From the IMG/VR virus record IMGVR_UViG_3300023178_000048, positions 1 to 63,320 of that record: a stretch of DNA of 63,320 nt; one strand, 5' to 3'. Made by a program: the position numbers and the translations under genes. The notes beneath the pieces are model-generated. The model made no database searches. It was not told the origin of the DNA and was given only the letters and a program-made list of their open reading frames with translations. This document shows, one piece after another, positions 18,213-25,480 of this stretch. Within the stretch, counting starts at the first letter, position 1; the number at the start of each line of letters is the position of its first letter. The DNA is from a virus (Duplodnaviria > Caudoviricetes).

Positions 18213-18383
18213 ATGCTATATCGCACCGAGGTTAAGTGGGGCGACCTAAAAAAGTCCCACACCGCTTGGACTAAGCGGAGTGCAGTTGAGTGGGCGCAAG
18301 CCTACCGAGGTCAGAAGGATGTGATTGCGGTCATCTACCCAATCCTACGCAAGCCGGAAGTGGTGAAGTACACCAAGTCCTAA
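18213..18383 (+). CDS. First early gene, 56 aa hypothetical (not in ORF track)
   Basis: TAAGGAG RBS; MLYRTEVKWGDLKKSHTAWTKRSAVEWAQAYRGQKDVIAVIYPILRKPEVVKYTKS. Confidence 0.75.
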   Translation: MLYRTEVKWGDLKKSHTAWTKRSAVEWAQAYRGQKDVIAVIYPILRKPEVVKYTKS

Positions 18384-18422
18384 ACCAAGGGGGGCGCAAG
18401 CCCCCCACTCTAAGGAGAAGAC

Positions 18423-18686
18423 ATGATATTCACGGATAAGACATCTAGGCAAGAACTGCAGGCTTTGATTGTTTACGTTGACAAATTGCACACCCGCTAC
18501 TACGAGTTGCGTACGAAGGCGCTTCTGGAGAGAGGAGAAGATAGATGCAGGACTGAAATGGAGAAAGTAAAAGACCAAATGGAAGAGACAGGGATAAGGG
18601 TGATACTGAAAACAACAAAGAAGGACTATGAGTTTGCGATGGGTAAGTTGGCTCGGTTAGGCGAGTTCCCAGCCGTCCCGTTATAG
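18423..18686 (+). CDS. Early hypothetical protein
   Basis: TAAGGAG RBS; followed by a terminator. Confidence 0.75.
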   Translation: MIFTDKTSRQELQALIVYVDKLHTRYYELRTKALLERGEDRCRTEMEKVKDQMEETGIRVILKTTKKDYEFAMGKLARLGEFPAVPL

Positions 18687-18696
18687 CTTTTTAGCC

Positions 18697-18730
18697 AAGC
18701 CCCGGCGCCAAGCGCGTCGGGGCTTTTTTT
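18697..18730 (+). terminator. Rho-independent terminator
   Basis: GC hairpin AAGCCCCGGCGC/GCGTCGGGGCTT followed by a T-tract. Confidence 0.85.
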
Positions 18731-18742
18731 GTGTCTGGGGTT

Positions 18743-18853
18743 TTGATACCAGTTATTTTCCCCCACGCGAGTGCGCGGCGGCGCCGCTGACGCCTTACCT
18801 ACCGCGTCAGACCCCCCGGACAATTGACAAACCCCAAACAAACCCGGTAAAAG
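18743..18853 (+). repeat. Early regulatory module, copy 1 (with promoter)
   Basis: TTGATACCAGTTATTTT...CGCG.GTGCG + degenerate N5 palindrome + GTCAGACCCCCCGGAC + TTGACA (18824). Confidence 0.85.
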
Positions 18854-18908
18854 ATAATTGTCGGACGCGAAAACGCCCGGCGTTTTTTAACTTCTAGGAG
18901 AAATCAAG

Positions 18909-19547
18909 ATGGTAACCAAACCTAAGTTAGCCGCTGAGGCGGTTGTTTCGAGTTCTGATTCGTATAAAAACCTGACGTATAAATTCGCAAGCGCAAGCCA
19001 GTCGATGCGGACAATCGCTCAGGCGGTGTACGAAAAGAACCCATCACTCGCCACGGCTGATGAAATCAGCGAGGAAGTCCTAAGCGAGATGAAGGAAGGC
19101 GCCGCGCTCAAGTGGCAGGAAATGAACCCGGCGGTAGGGTATTCGAGCGAATGGATACCGACTCAAGATGACAAACCAGCAGTGGTCGCGACTCTGGCCA
19201 TGGCGTTGTCTTACTCGCCGCAAGCGCTTAATTCACTTAAGAAAGATGACCCGGTTAAGCGCGACGTTCTATTTGACTTGCATACCCGGTTCCGCAAGTA
19301 CTTCAATGCGCTTAAGAACCGCCTGATTGGTGAACTAAAGCGAATCGAGAAGGAAAGAAACGGCGAGTCGGTTACCCGAAACCCGGCGGCTGATTTTGCC
19401 AAGTATCTAGACGATACCCTTACGTCAATCAAAGCGCGATGCAAGACGTCATCGAATCGTGGCGATGCTACCGCTGACTTGACCCGAATCGAGTCGGCGA
19501 TTGTGGCCTTCAAAGCCGCCTATAACCGCCCGGTCTCCGGCGGTTAA
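18909..19547 (+). CDS. Early protein of unknown function, paralog A
   Basis: AGGAG RBS; own promoter and terminator; aligns end to end with 19750..20325. Confidence 0.85.
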   Translation: MVTKPKLAAEAVVSSSDSYKNLTYKFASASQSMRTIAQAVYEKNPSLATADEISEEVLSEMKEGAALKWQEMNPAVGYSSEWIPTQDDKPAVVATLAMALSYSPQALNSLKKDDPVKRDVLFDLHTRFRKYFNALKNRLIGELKRIEKERNGESVTRNPAADFAKYLDDTLTSIKARCKTSSNRGDATADLTRIESAIVAFKAAYNRPVSGG

Positions 19548-19552
19548 CCCTA

Positions 19553-19588
19553 GACCCGACCAGCCGCTTGGCTGGTCGGGTTTTTTTT
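19553..19588 (+). terminator. Rho-independent terminator
   Basis: ACCCGACCAGCC-GCTT-GGCTGGTCGGGT running into a T8 tract. Confidence 0.9.
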
Positions 19589-19595
19589 CGGCCCA

Positions 19596-19704
19596 TTGAT
19601 ACCAGTTATTTTTCCTCGCGCGTGCGTGTCAGCGTGCCTGACGGACTATTTAATGTGTCAGACCCCTCAGACAGTTGACAATGCTCCCCCATATCCGGTA
19701 ATAC
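19596..19704 (+). repeat. Early regulatory module, copy 2 (with promoter)
   Basis: TTGATACCAGTTATTTTTCCTCGCGCGTGCG + GTCAG-N5-CTGAC (19628) + GTCAGACCCCTCAGAC (19657) + TTGACA (19675). Confidence 0.85.
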
Positions 19705-19749
19705 ATAATGAGCGGATGCGCGGTGTATCCGTTTTTTTGGAGAATGACA

Positions 19750-20325
19750 ATGGATAGTTTGAAAACACTTGGTTATCAGTTTGCCCAGTCTGAAGAAGCA
19801 ACCCAAGAAATAGCGCGCAAAGTGCTAGAGCGTTGCCCTGATTTTGTCAACGTGGTTGCAACTGACAATGACAAGTTTGCAGAGTTGGATGAGGGCTTCG
19901 CTCTACGCTTCCAAGAATTGCGTGAGCCTGTGGGTTACTCTAATGACTGGACACCCATAAAGGGCAAAGGCAAGCCCGCATTAATTGCAACGCTTGCGTG
20001 GGCTATGTCATATAGTCCCCAGCAACTGAACTCACTTAGAGCAACTGAGCCTGTTATGGTTGACATAGCCCGTGCGTTGCATAGGCAATGGGGGCAATAC
20101 AAGTCTGCCCGGCGCAATGCTCTACTGAGGGCAGTGCGTAAGTGTGTGGAGCCTGAGAAAAAAGAAAAAGCAAAACCCGTTGACTTTACTGACTACGTTG
20201 ACAATGTGTTTAGTGACTTAAAAACCCGATGCAAAAACGCTAAGCGTTTGCGCCATGATGATACGGCAGACTTAGACAAGTTTAACAATGCCGTATCTGC
20301 CTTTATGTCAATCTGGAAAGCCTAA
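19750..20325 (+). CDS. Early protein of unknown function, paralog B
   Basis: GGAG RBS 7 nt before ATG 19750; shares EG.AL..QE, VGYS..W.P, KPA..ATLA.A.SYSPQ.LNSL, K.RCK and TADL with paralog A. Confidence 0.85.
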   Translation: MDSLKTLGYQFAQSEEATQEIARKVLERCPDFVNVVATDNDKFAELDEGFALRFQELREPVGYSNDWTPIKGKGKPALIATLAWAMSYSPQQLNSLRATEPVMVDIARALHRQWGQYKSARRNALLRAVRKCVEPEKKEKAKPVDFTDYVDNVFSDLKTRCKNAKRLRHDDTADLDKFNNAVSAFMSIWKA

Positions 20326-20334
20326 GTTGACTAT

Positions 20335-20368
20335 GCCCCAGCGCCAAGTTGGTGCTGGGGCTTTTTTT
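20335..20368 (+). terminator. Rho-independent terminator
   Basis: GCCCCAGCGCC/GGTGCTGGGGC hairpin followed by T7. Confidence 0.9.
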
Positions 20369-20380
20369 CGCCCAGCGTTT

Positions 20381-20458
20381 TTGAAACCAGTTATTTTTCC
20401 TCGCGCGTGCGCGTCAGTCTGGCTGACGCAATAAATAACGCGTCAGACCCCTCTGACA
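20381..20458 (+). repeat. Early regulatory module, copy 3 (no TTGACA)
   Basis: TTGAAACCAGTTATTTTTCCTCGCGCGTGCG + GTCAG-N5-CTGAC (20413) + GTCAGACCCCTCTGAC (20442). Confidence 0.85.
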
Positions 20459-20487
20459 CTAGGTAAACAGTATTACAAAATCAGCCT

Positions 20488-20853
20488 TGTTCCAGCGATG
20501 TTCTGCATTTGTTCCAATTTTCGGATATGGCGTGGAACAAGAATTTCCAGGTTTTATGCGGCTTCCAGCGATTCTGTTCCGTTGTTCCACGATTTTTAGG
20601 TATTACATGACTTTTTTAAAAATTAAACCTGATCGTTCGACAGCATATTGCGTTGCAAATCAGCAAATTGAATTTTCCAGCCATACCCTGAAAATCGTGG
20701 AACAACGGAACAGAAGTATTATATATATTATATTATTATTACTCTCTCTCCTCTATTTTAACACTTTTCAACCTAAATTAAAACCTTTACTCTTACAAAA
20801 ATCTTGTTCCATCTGTTCCAAGTAATACCACCCCGAAATGGAACAACGGAACA
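20488..20853. other. Origin-like non-coding region: TGTTCC/GGAACA repeats, 25-bp inverted repeat, AT-rich core
   Basis: At least 11 TGTTCC/GGAACA hexamers; perfect IR 20572-20596 / 20691-20715; A/T-only run 20717-20741. Confidence 0.55.
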
Positions 20854-20911
20854 AAACCGAGTTCCCCGCTAGACAAACCCTGCCGTCCTATCCCAAAATA
20901 GTTACATAATA

Positions 20912-20946
20912 CACTTGTATAAGTTGACAATCTAGTATATAATATA
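20912..20946 (+). promoter_or_regulatory. Early promoter (31/35 identical to 22227-22261)
   Basis: TTGTAT-17 nt-TATAAT. Confidence 0.7.
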
Positions 20947-21031
20947 AAGACGGTGGGGAACAAAAAGTACATCACCGTTAAGTAGTGCGTCAGACCCCTC
21001 TGACGTTTGCAATCACAAACTGGAGAACGAC

Positions 21032-21280
21032 ATGGAATACACAATCACGCTATACAACATCAAGACCCAGCGCGGTATGGAAGTCACCACTGTGACACCT
21101 TACGAATTGCATGACGCTTGCTTTCAAGTGTTTGAGTTTGTAAAGCAACATGCGCTGGACGACCGGGCGGAGATTAAGATAAACGGCAGAAAGTACGACT
21201 CAATCCGCGACTTGCACGACCGCTTGATTACACCGATTAATCGCTGTTCGTTAGCCGCTGGCGGTTGCCGCATCTTTTAA
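21032..21280 (+). CDS. Early hypothetical protein
   Basis: GGAG RBS; promoter and palindrome upstream. Confidence 0.7.
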   Translation: MEYTITLYNIKTQRGMEVTTVTPYELHDACFQVFEFVKQHALDDRAEIKINGRKYDSIRDLHDRLITPINRCSLAAGGCRIF

Positions 21281-21342
21281 GACAGGCTCATACAGGCTCA
21301 CGAGAGAATCACTTCACGTAAAAGTTTACTAACAGGAGAGTA

Positions 21343-21543
21343 ATGATGGAACTCGACGGATTCTTTATTGACAATGAACAATACATGGCTCTTGACAAAC
21401 TAAGCAAAGACTTACACGCCGGTAGCGATGCCATGCGGGACATCGGTCACAAACTGTGGTACCTGCTGGACTTCATATCTAAGCAAAGAATATCTGCGCG
21501 GGTGACGGCAGTTGAGGAGTGCGACGATGATAAGGTTCATTAA
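21343..21543 (+). CDS. Early hypothetical protein
   Basis: AGGAG RBS. Confidence 0.7.
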   Translation: MMELDGFFIDNEQYMALDKLSKDLHAGSDAMRDIGHKLWYLLDFISKQRISARVTAVEECDDDKVH

Positions 21544-21724
21544 GAGTACCGCTGTGTTTGTGTCTTGCTTGGCGCTGTGGGTTGGTATGTTTGTCATCTT
21601 GGTTGAGTGGATGGCGGGATGCGGAGAGACCTACTACACGCATAAGGGGAAACAGATTGGCGAGTGTGTGTTTATGGGGAAGTGGTCAGACTGGTCTGAC
21701 GCAGTAACAGGAGAAAGCAAATGA
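21527..21724 (+). CDS. Small membrane protein
   Basis: GAGGAG RBS; one TM segment then EWMAGCGE.Y.....IGECVF. Confidence 0.65.
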   Translation: MIRFIKSTAVFVSCLALWVGMFVILVEWMAGCGETYYTHKGKQIGECVFMGKWSDWSDAVTGESK

Positions 21725-22053
21725 AAGTAAAGACAAATGAACTAAGCGGGGTTGCGCTCGATTGGGCGGTGGGAAAGTGTGAAGGGGTTGTCAATGGCGA
21801 TGCGCTTGACATTGGTTTTATTAAAGAGGGAGGTTACACACCATCAACCGACTGGGGGCAGGGTGGGCCGATTATTGAGCGGGAGCAGATTGCTATTTAT
21901 TTAGGAGATGAAGATGAGTGGACGGGTTTAGATGGGTGGAAAAAAGGGACTGGCCCAACGCCCCTAATCGCCGCCATGCGTTGTTATGTAGCCAGCAAGT
22001 TGGGCGACGAGGTGGAAGTGCCCGATGAACTTTTGGAAGGAGAAAGCAAATGA
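21721..22053 (+). CDS. NinX/DUF2591-like phage protein
   Basis: KT.EL.G.ALDWAV, Y.PSTDW.QGGPIIERE, GPTPLIAAMRCYVASKLG. Confidence 0.8.
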   Translation: MKVKTNELSGVALDWAVGKCEGVVNGDALDIGFIKEGGYTPSTDWGQGGPIIEREQIAIYLGDEDEWTGLDGWKKGTGPTPLIAAMRCYVASKLGDEVEVPDELLEGESK

Positions 22054-22220
22054 ACATAGAAATACTTAGCGCATACGAGCGTGGCTTGGACGATGGGTTT
22101 TTCAGGGGTGAGCGTGTAAACATATCACTTAACAAATCGGATGATGAGCGCATAGCCTATAAATGTGGCTATGACCACGGCGTGTGGATGTACACCGAAA
22201 CGTGTGAACAAGAAAGTTAG
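22050..22220 (+). CDS. 56-aa protein with a ribosome modulation factor-like pattern (not in ORF track)
   Basis: AGGAG RBS; MNIEILSAYERGLDDGFFRGERVNISLNKSDDERIAYKCGYDHGVWMYTETCEQES. Confidence 0.6.
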   Translation: MNIEILSAYERGLDDGFFRGERVNISLNKSDDERIAYKCGYDHGVWMYTETCEQES

Positions 22221-22226
22221 GTAAAC

Positions 22227-22261
22227 CACTTGCACAAGTTGACAAACTACTATATAATATA
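22227..22261 (+). promoter_or_regulatory. Early promoter (duplicate of 20912-20946)
   Basis: TTGCAC-17 nt-TATAAT. Confidence 0.7.
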
Positions 22262-22356
22262 CATATGGTCGGGAAGCAACCGAGCATAGTGGCATTCAGT
22301 TCAATTCAGTTGTTTAACGTGTCAGACACCTCTGACGCATCAGTAAGGAGATAGTT

Positions 22357-22608
22357 ATGGGCGCTTTCAAGCAATTACTTATACAACACGCCGAGGCGGG
22401 GTTGACATTACCACCGCATCCCAAGGCATACATACTTATGCGTAGCAACGTGCCGATTGGTGCGTACTACAACGAGCAGACCGCTGACTATGAGCGACAC
22501 ATTGCTCAGTTGGGCGATGAGGTGCAAGACGAATGGCACGAGTATTCAATACACGAAGTGCCAATGGAACAAGCAACCATCGACGACTTACTACAGCGGA
22601 GTAACTAA
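22357..22608 (+). CDS. Early hypothetical protein
   Basis: TAAGGAG RBS directly after a palindrome copy. Confidence 0.7.
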   Translation: MGAFKQLLIQHAEAGLTLPPHPKAYILMRSNVPIGAYYNEQTADYERHIAQLGDEVQDEWHEYSIHEVPMEQATIDDLLQRSN

Positions 22609-22610
22609 CC

Positions 22611-22829
22611 ATGTCAAAGATGAAGCCGATTTGCCGCGACTGCGGCGAGACATACGCACCCGCTAGGAAAGCAGCGGGGTTCCGAGTTTGCCTTGAGTGT
22701 GGCGAGGCGCAAGCCAAAGCCGCTAGGAAACATTGGTGCGTCGCACCCATGCACAAGTCAAACTATATGCTATTCACACAGAAAGCCGACCTTGTCGGCA
22801 TCAACAACAAAGGCGGGTTAGTCAAATGA
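22611..22829 (+). CDS. DksA/TraR-type C4 zinc-finger protein
   Basis: CRDCGETYAPARKAAGFRVCLECGE; C-terminal PMHKSNY...NNKGG. Confidence 0.7.
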   Translation: MSKMKPICRDCGETYAPARKAAGFRVCLECGEAQAKAARKHWCVAPMHKSNYMLFTQKADLVGINNKGGLVK

Positions 22830-23113
22830 GAAGGGAATTAGATTTGTACACAAAAATTCACAAGCAACGATGGATGGACATGCTTGAGAACCACGAGCAC
22901 ATGAAGCAGACAATCCTCAAGATGTTGGAGAACCCTGCAACCGAGCCAGAGCAGTTAGCCCTAGCCCATAAGGCTTACGCTAGTGTATGCAAAGCGTTGC
23001 AGGAGACGAGTTTTATTTTGGATGTGTACCTACGCACGGGCGTCAAGCCCACGGATGAACAAGTTAAAAACTTTACCGAAGTGGTGGAGGAACTAAAAGG
23101 GGCAATCAAATGA
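22826..23113 (+). CDS. Hypothetical helical protein
   Basis: ATGA overlap at 22826; coupled to the next gene. Confidence 0.65.
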   Translation: MRRELDLYTKIHKQRWMDMLENHEHMKQTILKMLENPATEPEQLALAHKAYASVCKALQETSFILDVYLRTGVKPTDEQVKNFTEVVEELKGAIK

Positions 23114-23418
23114 AATACGAAACACACAACGATACGTACATTGATATTGACGGCACATGCTTGCAGGGGAGAGTCGGAGCCGACTATAAACAATTGGTCA
23201 GACTATTCGGACAGCCTACTGAAGGCGACGGGTGCAAGACAGACGCCGAGTGGGAAGTTAAGTTTTCGGATGGCGTCGTGGCTACGATTTACAACTGGAA
23301 AGACGGTCATAACTTTTGTGGGGAGGGCGGTAAGGATACAAACAAGATTAAGCGTTGGAATGTTGGTGGGCGTTCGCAGAGCGCCATTGTTAATGTGTTA
23401 AACATACTGGAGAAATGA
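23110..23418 (+). CDS. Conserved phage protein
   Basis: GTCLQG, LFGQP, KTDAEW, ATIYNWK, WNVGG. Confidence 0.7.
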   Translation: MKYETHNDTYIDIDGTCLQGRVGADYKQLVRLFGQPTEGDGCKTDAEWEVKFSDGVVATIYNWKDGHNFCGEGGKDTNKIKRWNVGGRSQSAIVNVLNILEK

Positions 23419-23419
23419 G

Positions 23420-24331
23420 ATGGAAATTCAATCACCAGACCATGTGGTAAGCCTTGCGTCATCGGGCGTACTGGTCAATATCGACATCAAAGTATGGTCT
23501 GCTACCAAACAGGATAAGGGTATCAGTGAGGAAGTAGCGGGTGCGTACAAGGCAAGCAAGGATAGCGGCAGGTACACCAAAAACTTGCTGGCTAACCATC
23601 CTAAACACCGCGCGCTGGCTAACCATAGGCAGACCATGCGTAACTGGCTTCAACGTAGGGCGTATCCGTGGCACGACCAGCTCAACTACGTTCCGACTGT
23701 GTTGCTAGATAAATTTATGAAGGAGTACAGAGAGTACGAGGCGGAGCACGCCAAGTTACGGGATGAGTTTATTGAGGCTTATCCGAACATCATCAGCGAC
23801 ATGGCGTTTAAGAATGGCGATATGTTTAATCGGTCAGACTACCCTGACGCACAAGATTTGATGTCCAAGTTCACAATGAATCTGTATGTCACAGAGGTTC
23901 CAACCAACGACTATCGCAATGCTATATCGCAAGATATTGCAGAGGACTTGAAGAAGCATTACAACAAGCAAGCCGAGAAGTTCGTCGATGCAATCATGCA
24001 GAAGACGGGCGAACAGTTGGTAACGTTTGCAACACGTATTAGTAATGCATGTCGTGATGTAACTGACGAAGAGGGGCGCAAACGCAATCCGAAAATTTAT
24101 TCGGGAACGCTTGAACAAGCCAAAGAATTATGTGATACTTTGTCAAGTTTCAATCTGACCAAGAATCCGGTCATCGAACAGGCGCGTTCAAAACTAGCCG
24201 AGAGTCTCAGGGGAGTAGACGCACAAACGTTACGGGACAGTAGCGTGATGCGTAGTGAAGTGAAAGAGTCAGCGGATGAAGTGTTAGACGTTCTTAAGAA
24301 GTTTGACATGAACCCTGATATGTTTGATTAA
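23420..24331 (+). CDS. Conserved helical protein (DUF3150-like) upstream of AAA-VWA
   Basis: WSATKQD, G.YTKNLL, FNRSDYP, FNLTKNP; position typical of this three-gene unit. Confidence 0.6.
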   Translation: MEIQSPDHVVSLASSGVLVNIDIKVWSATKQDKGISEEVAGAYKASKDSGRYTKNLLANHPKHRALANHRQTMRNWLQRRAYPWHDQLNYVPTVLLDKFMKEYREYEAEHAKLRDEFIEAYPNIISDMAFKNGDMFNRSDYPDAQDLMSKFTMNLYVTEVPTNDYRNAISQDIAEDLKKHYNKQAEKFVDAIMQKTGEQLVTFATRISNACRDVTDEEGRKRNPKIYSGTLEQAKELCDTLSSFNLTKNPVIEQARSKLAESLRGVDAQTLRDSSVMRSEVKESADEVLDVLKKFDMNPDMFD

Positions 24332-24366
24332 TCGTCAGCGCAGTCTGACACATTTGGAGAAGCAAG

Positions 24367-25476
24367 ATGGCAAGAGCAAATACCCTACCTATGGTGGACA
24401 TCGACGAGTGCAAGAAACTGATTCGCACCATCGGTGATAAAGCAAGTGTGATGATTATTAGTGAGCCGGGCGTTGGCAAATCGTCAATCCTGAAAGCACT
24501 AGCCGAAGACTTTGGTGACAAGTGGCGTAGCCCGAAGGATGAGTATCCCGAAGACAAGTACGACTACATCTACGTTGACTGTCCTAACAAAGAATTGATG
24601 GACGTTGCGGCGTCGATTCCTAATCACCAGTCGAAGACGCTTGAGTATTACGTTTCTAGTTTGTTCAAATTAGACAACGGCAAGCCTAAAGTGATTATGC
24701 TTGACGAGATGCTCAAAGCGCCGAAGATGATGCAGGTCTTGTTCACTAGGCTGGTTCTTGAGCGGTTCGTCGGTGACAAGGCGCTACCCGAAGGTTCGTT
24801 ATTGTTTATCACATCCAACAATGCGACTGATGGCGTTGGCGACTCAATGCTTGCCCACGTTGGCAATCGTATCGTTAAGGTTCATATGGCAAAGCCGACT
24901 GCGTTGCAGTGGTCACAATGGGCTACCGCCAACAACATCTCAAGTTCAATTCGTACTTGGGTTGTTATGAATCCACGAGTGATGGCGTCTTATATTGATG
25001 GCGACCAAGACGATAACGAGTTCATCTTTAAGCCTAGCAGTACAGTTAAGCAGTTTGCATCGCCTCGGTCATTGGCAATGGCTGACCCAATCGTTAGGAA
25101 TAGCGACATCCTAGGCGAGAACACTACGCTTGCGGCTCTGTGCGGCACTATCGGTGAAGCGGCGGCTCGGTCTCTGACTGCGACCATACGACTTGAGAAG
25201 AATATCGCTAAGTATGAGGACATCATTGCCGACCCGCTTGGCGCTGTCTGTCCGCAAGAGGACGTTGCGGCGTTGCTCATGACGATGTTCCAAGGCGTTG
25301 ACCGGATTGATTCGCACGACGAGTTGAGTAAGTTTATGACTTGGGTTGAGCGCGTGAAACGTGAGGAAGTTCAGTCAATATTCTTTACGTTGATGATGCG
25401 TATGAAAATCAAACTAGCAGGTCAGAACGACAAGATTCGTCAGTGGGCTAAGACTAACCTTGAGTTGATGGGGTAA
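24367..25476 (+). CDS. MoxR-like AAA+ ATPase
   Basis: Walker A SEPGVGKS, Walker B IMLDE, SPRS sensor motif. Confidence 0.85.
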   Translation: MARANTLPMVDIDECKKLIRTIGDKASVMIISEPGVGKSSILKALAEDFGDKWRSPKDEYPEDKYDYIYVDCPNKELMDVAASIPNHQSKTLEYYVSSLFKLDNGKPKVIMLDEMLKAPKMMQVLFTRLVLERFVGDKALPEGSLLFITSNNATDGVGDSMLAHVGNRIVKVHMAKPTALQWSQWATANNISSSIRTWVVMNPRVMASYIDGDQDDNEFIFKPSSTVKQFASPRSLAMADPIVRNSDILGENTTLAALCGTIGEAAARSLTATIRLEKNIAKYEDIIADPLGAVCPQEDVAALLMTMFQGVDRIDSHDELSKFMTWVERVKREEVQSIFFTLMMRMKIKLAGQNDKIRQWAKTNLELMG

Positions 25477-25480
25477 GAAC

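Noticed and set aside
18697-20460. CRISPR array or integron (attC) interpretation of the triplicated module
   Set aside because: Units are separated by whole genes (~800 bp), not 30-40 bp spacers; no cas1/cas2 or integron integrase; no attC R''/R' ends recognised
20487-21044. ORFs 20487..20825 (+) and 20793..21044 (-)
   Set aside because: No RBS; low-complexity translation of repeats, AT tract and promoter
21282-21300. ACAGGCTCA tandem duplication
   Set aside because: Two 9-bp copies only; too short to interpret
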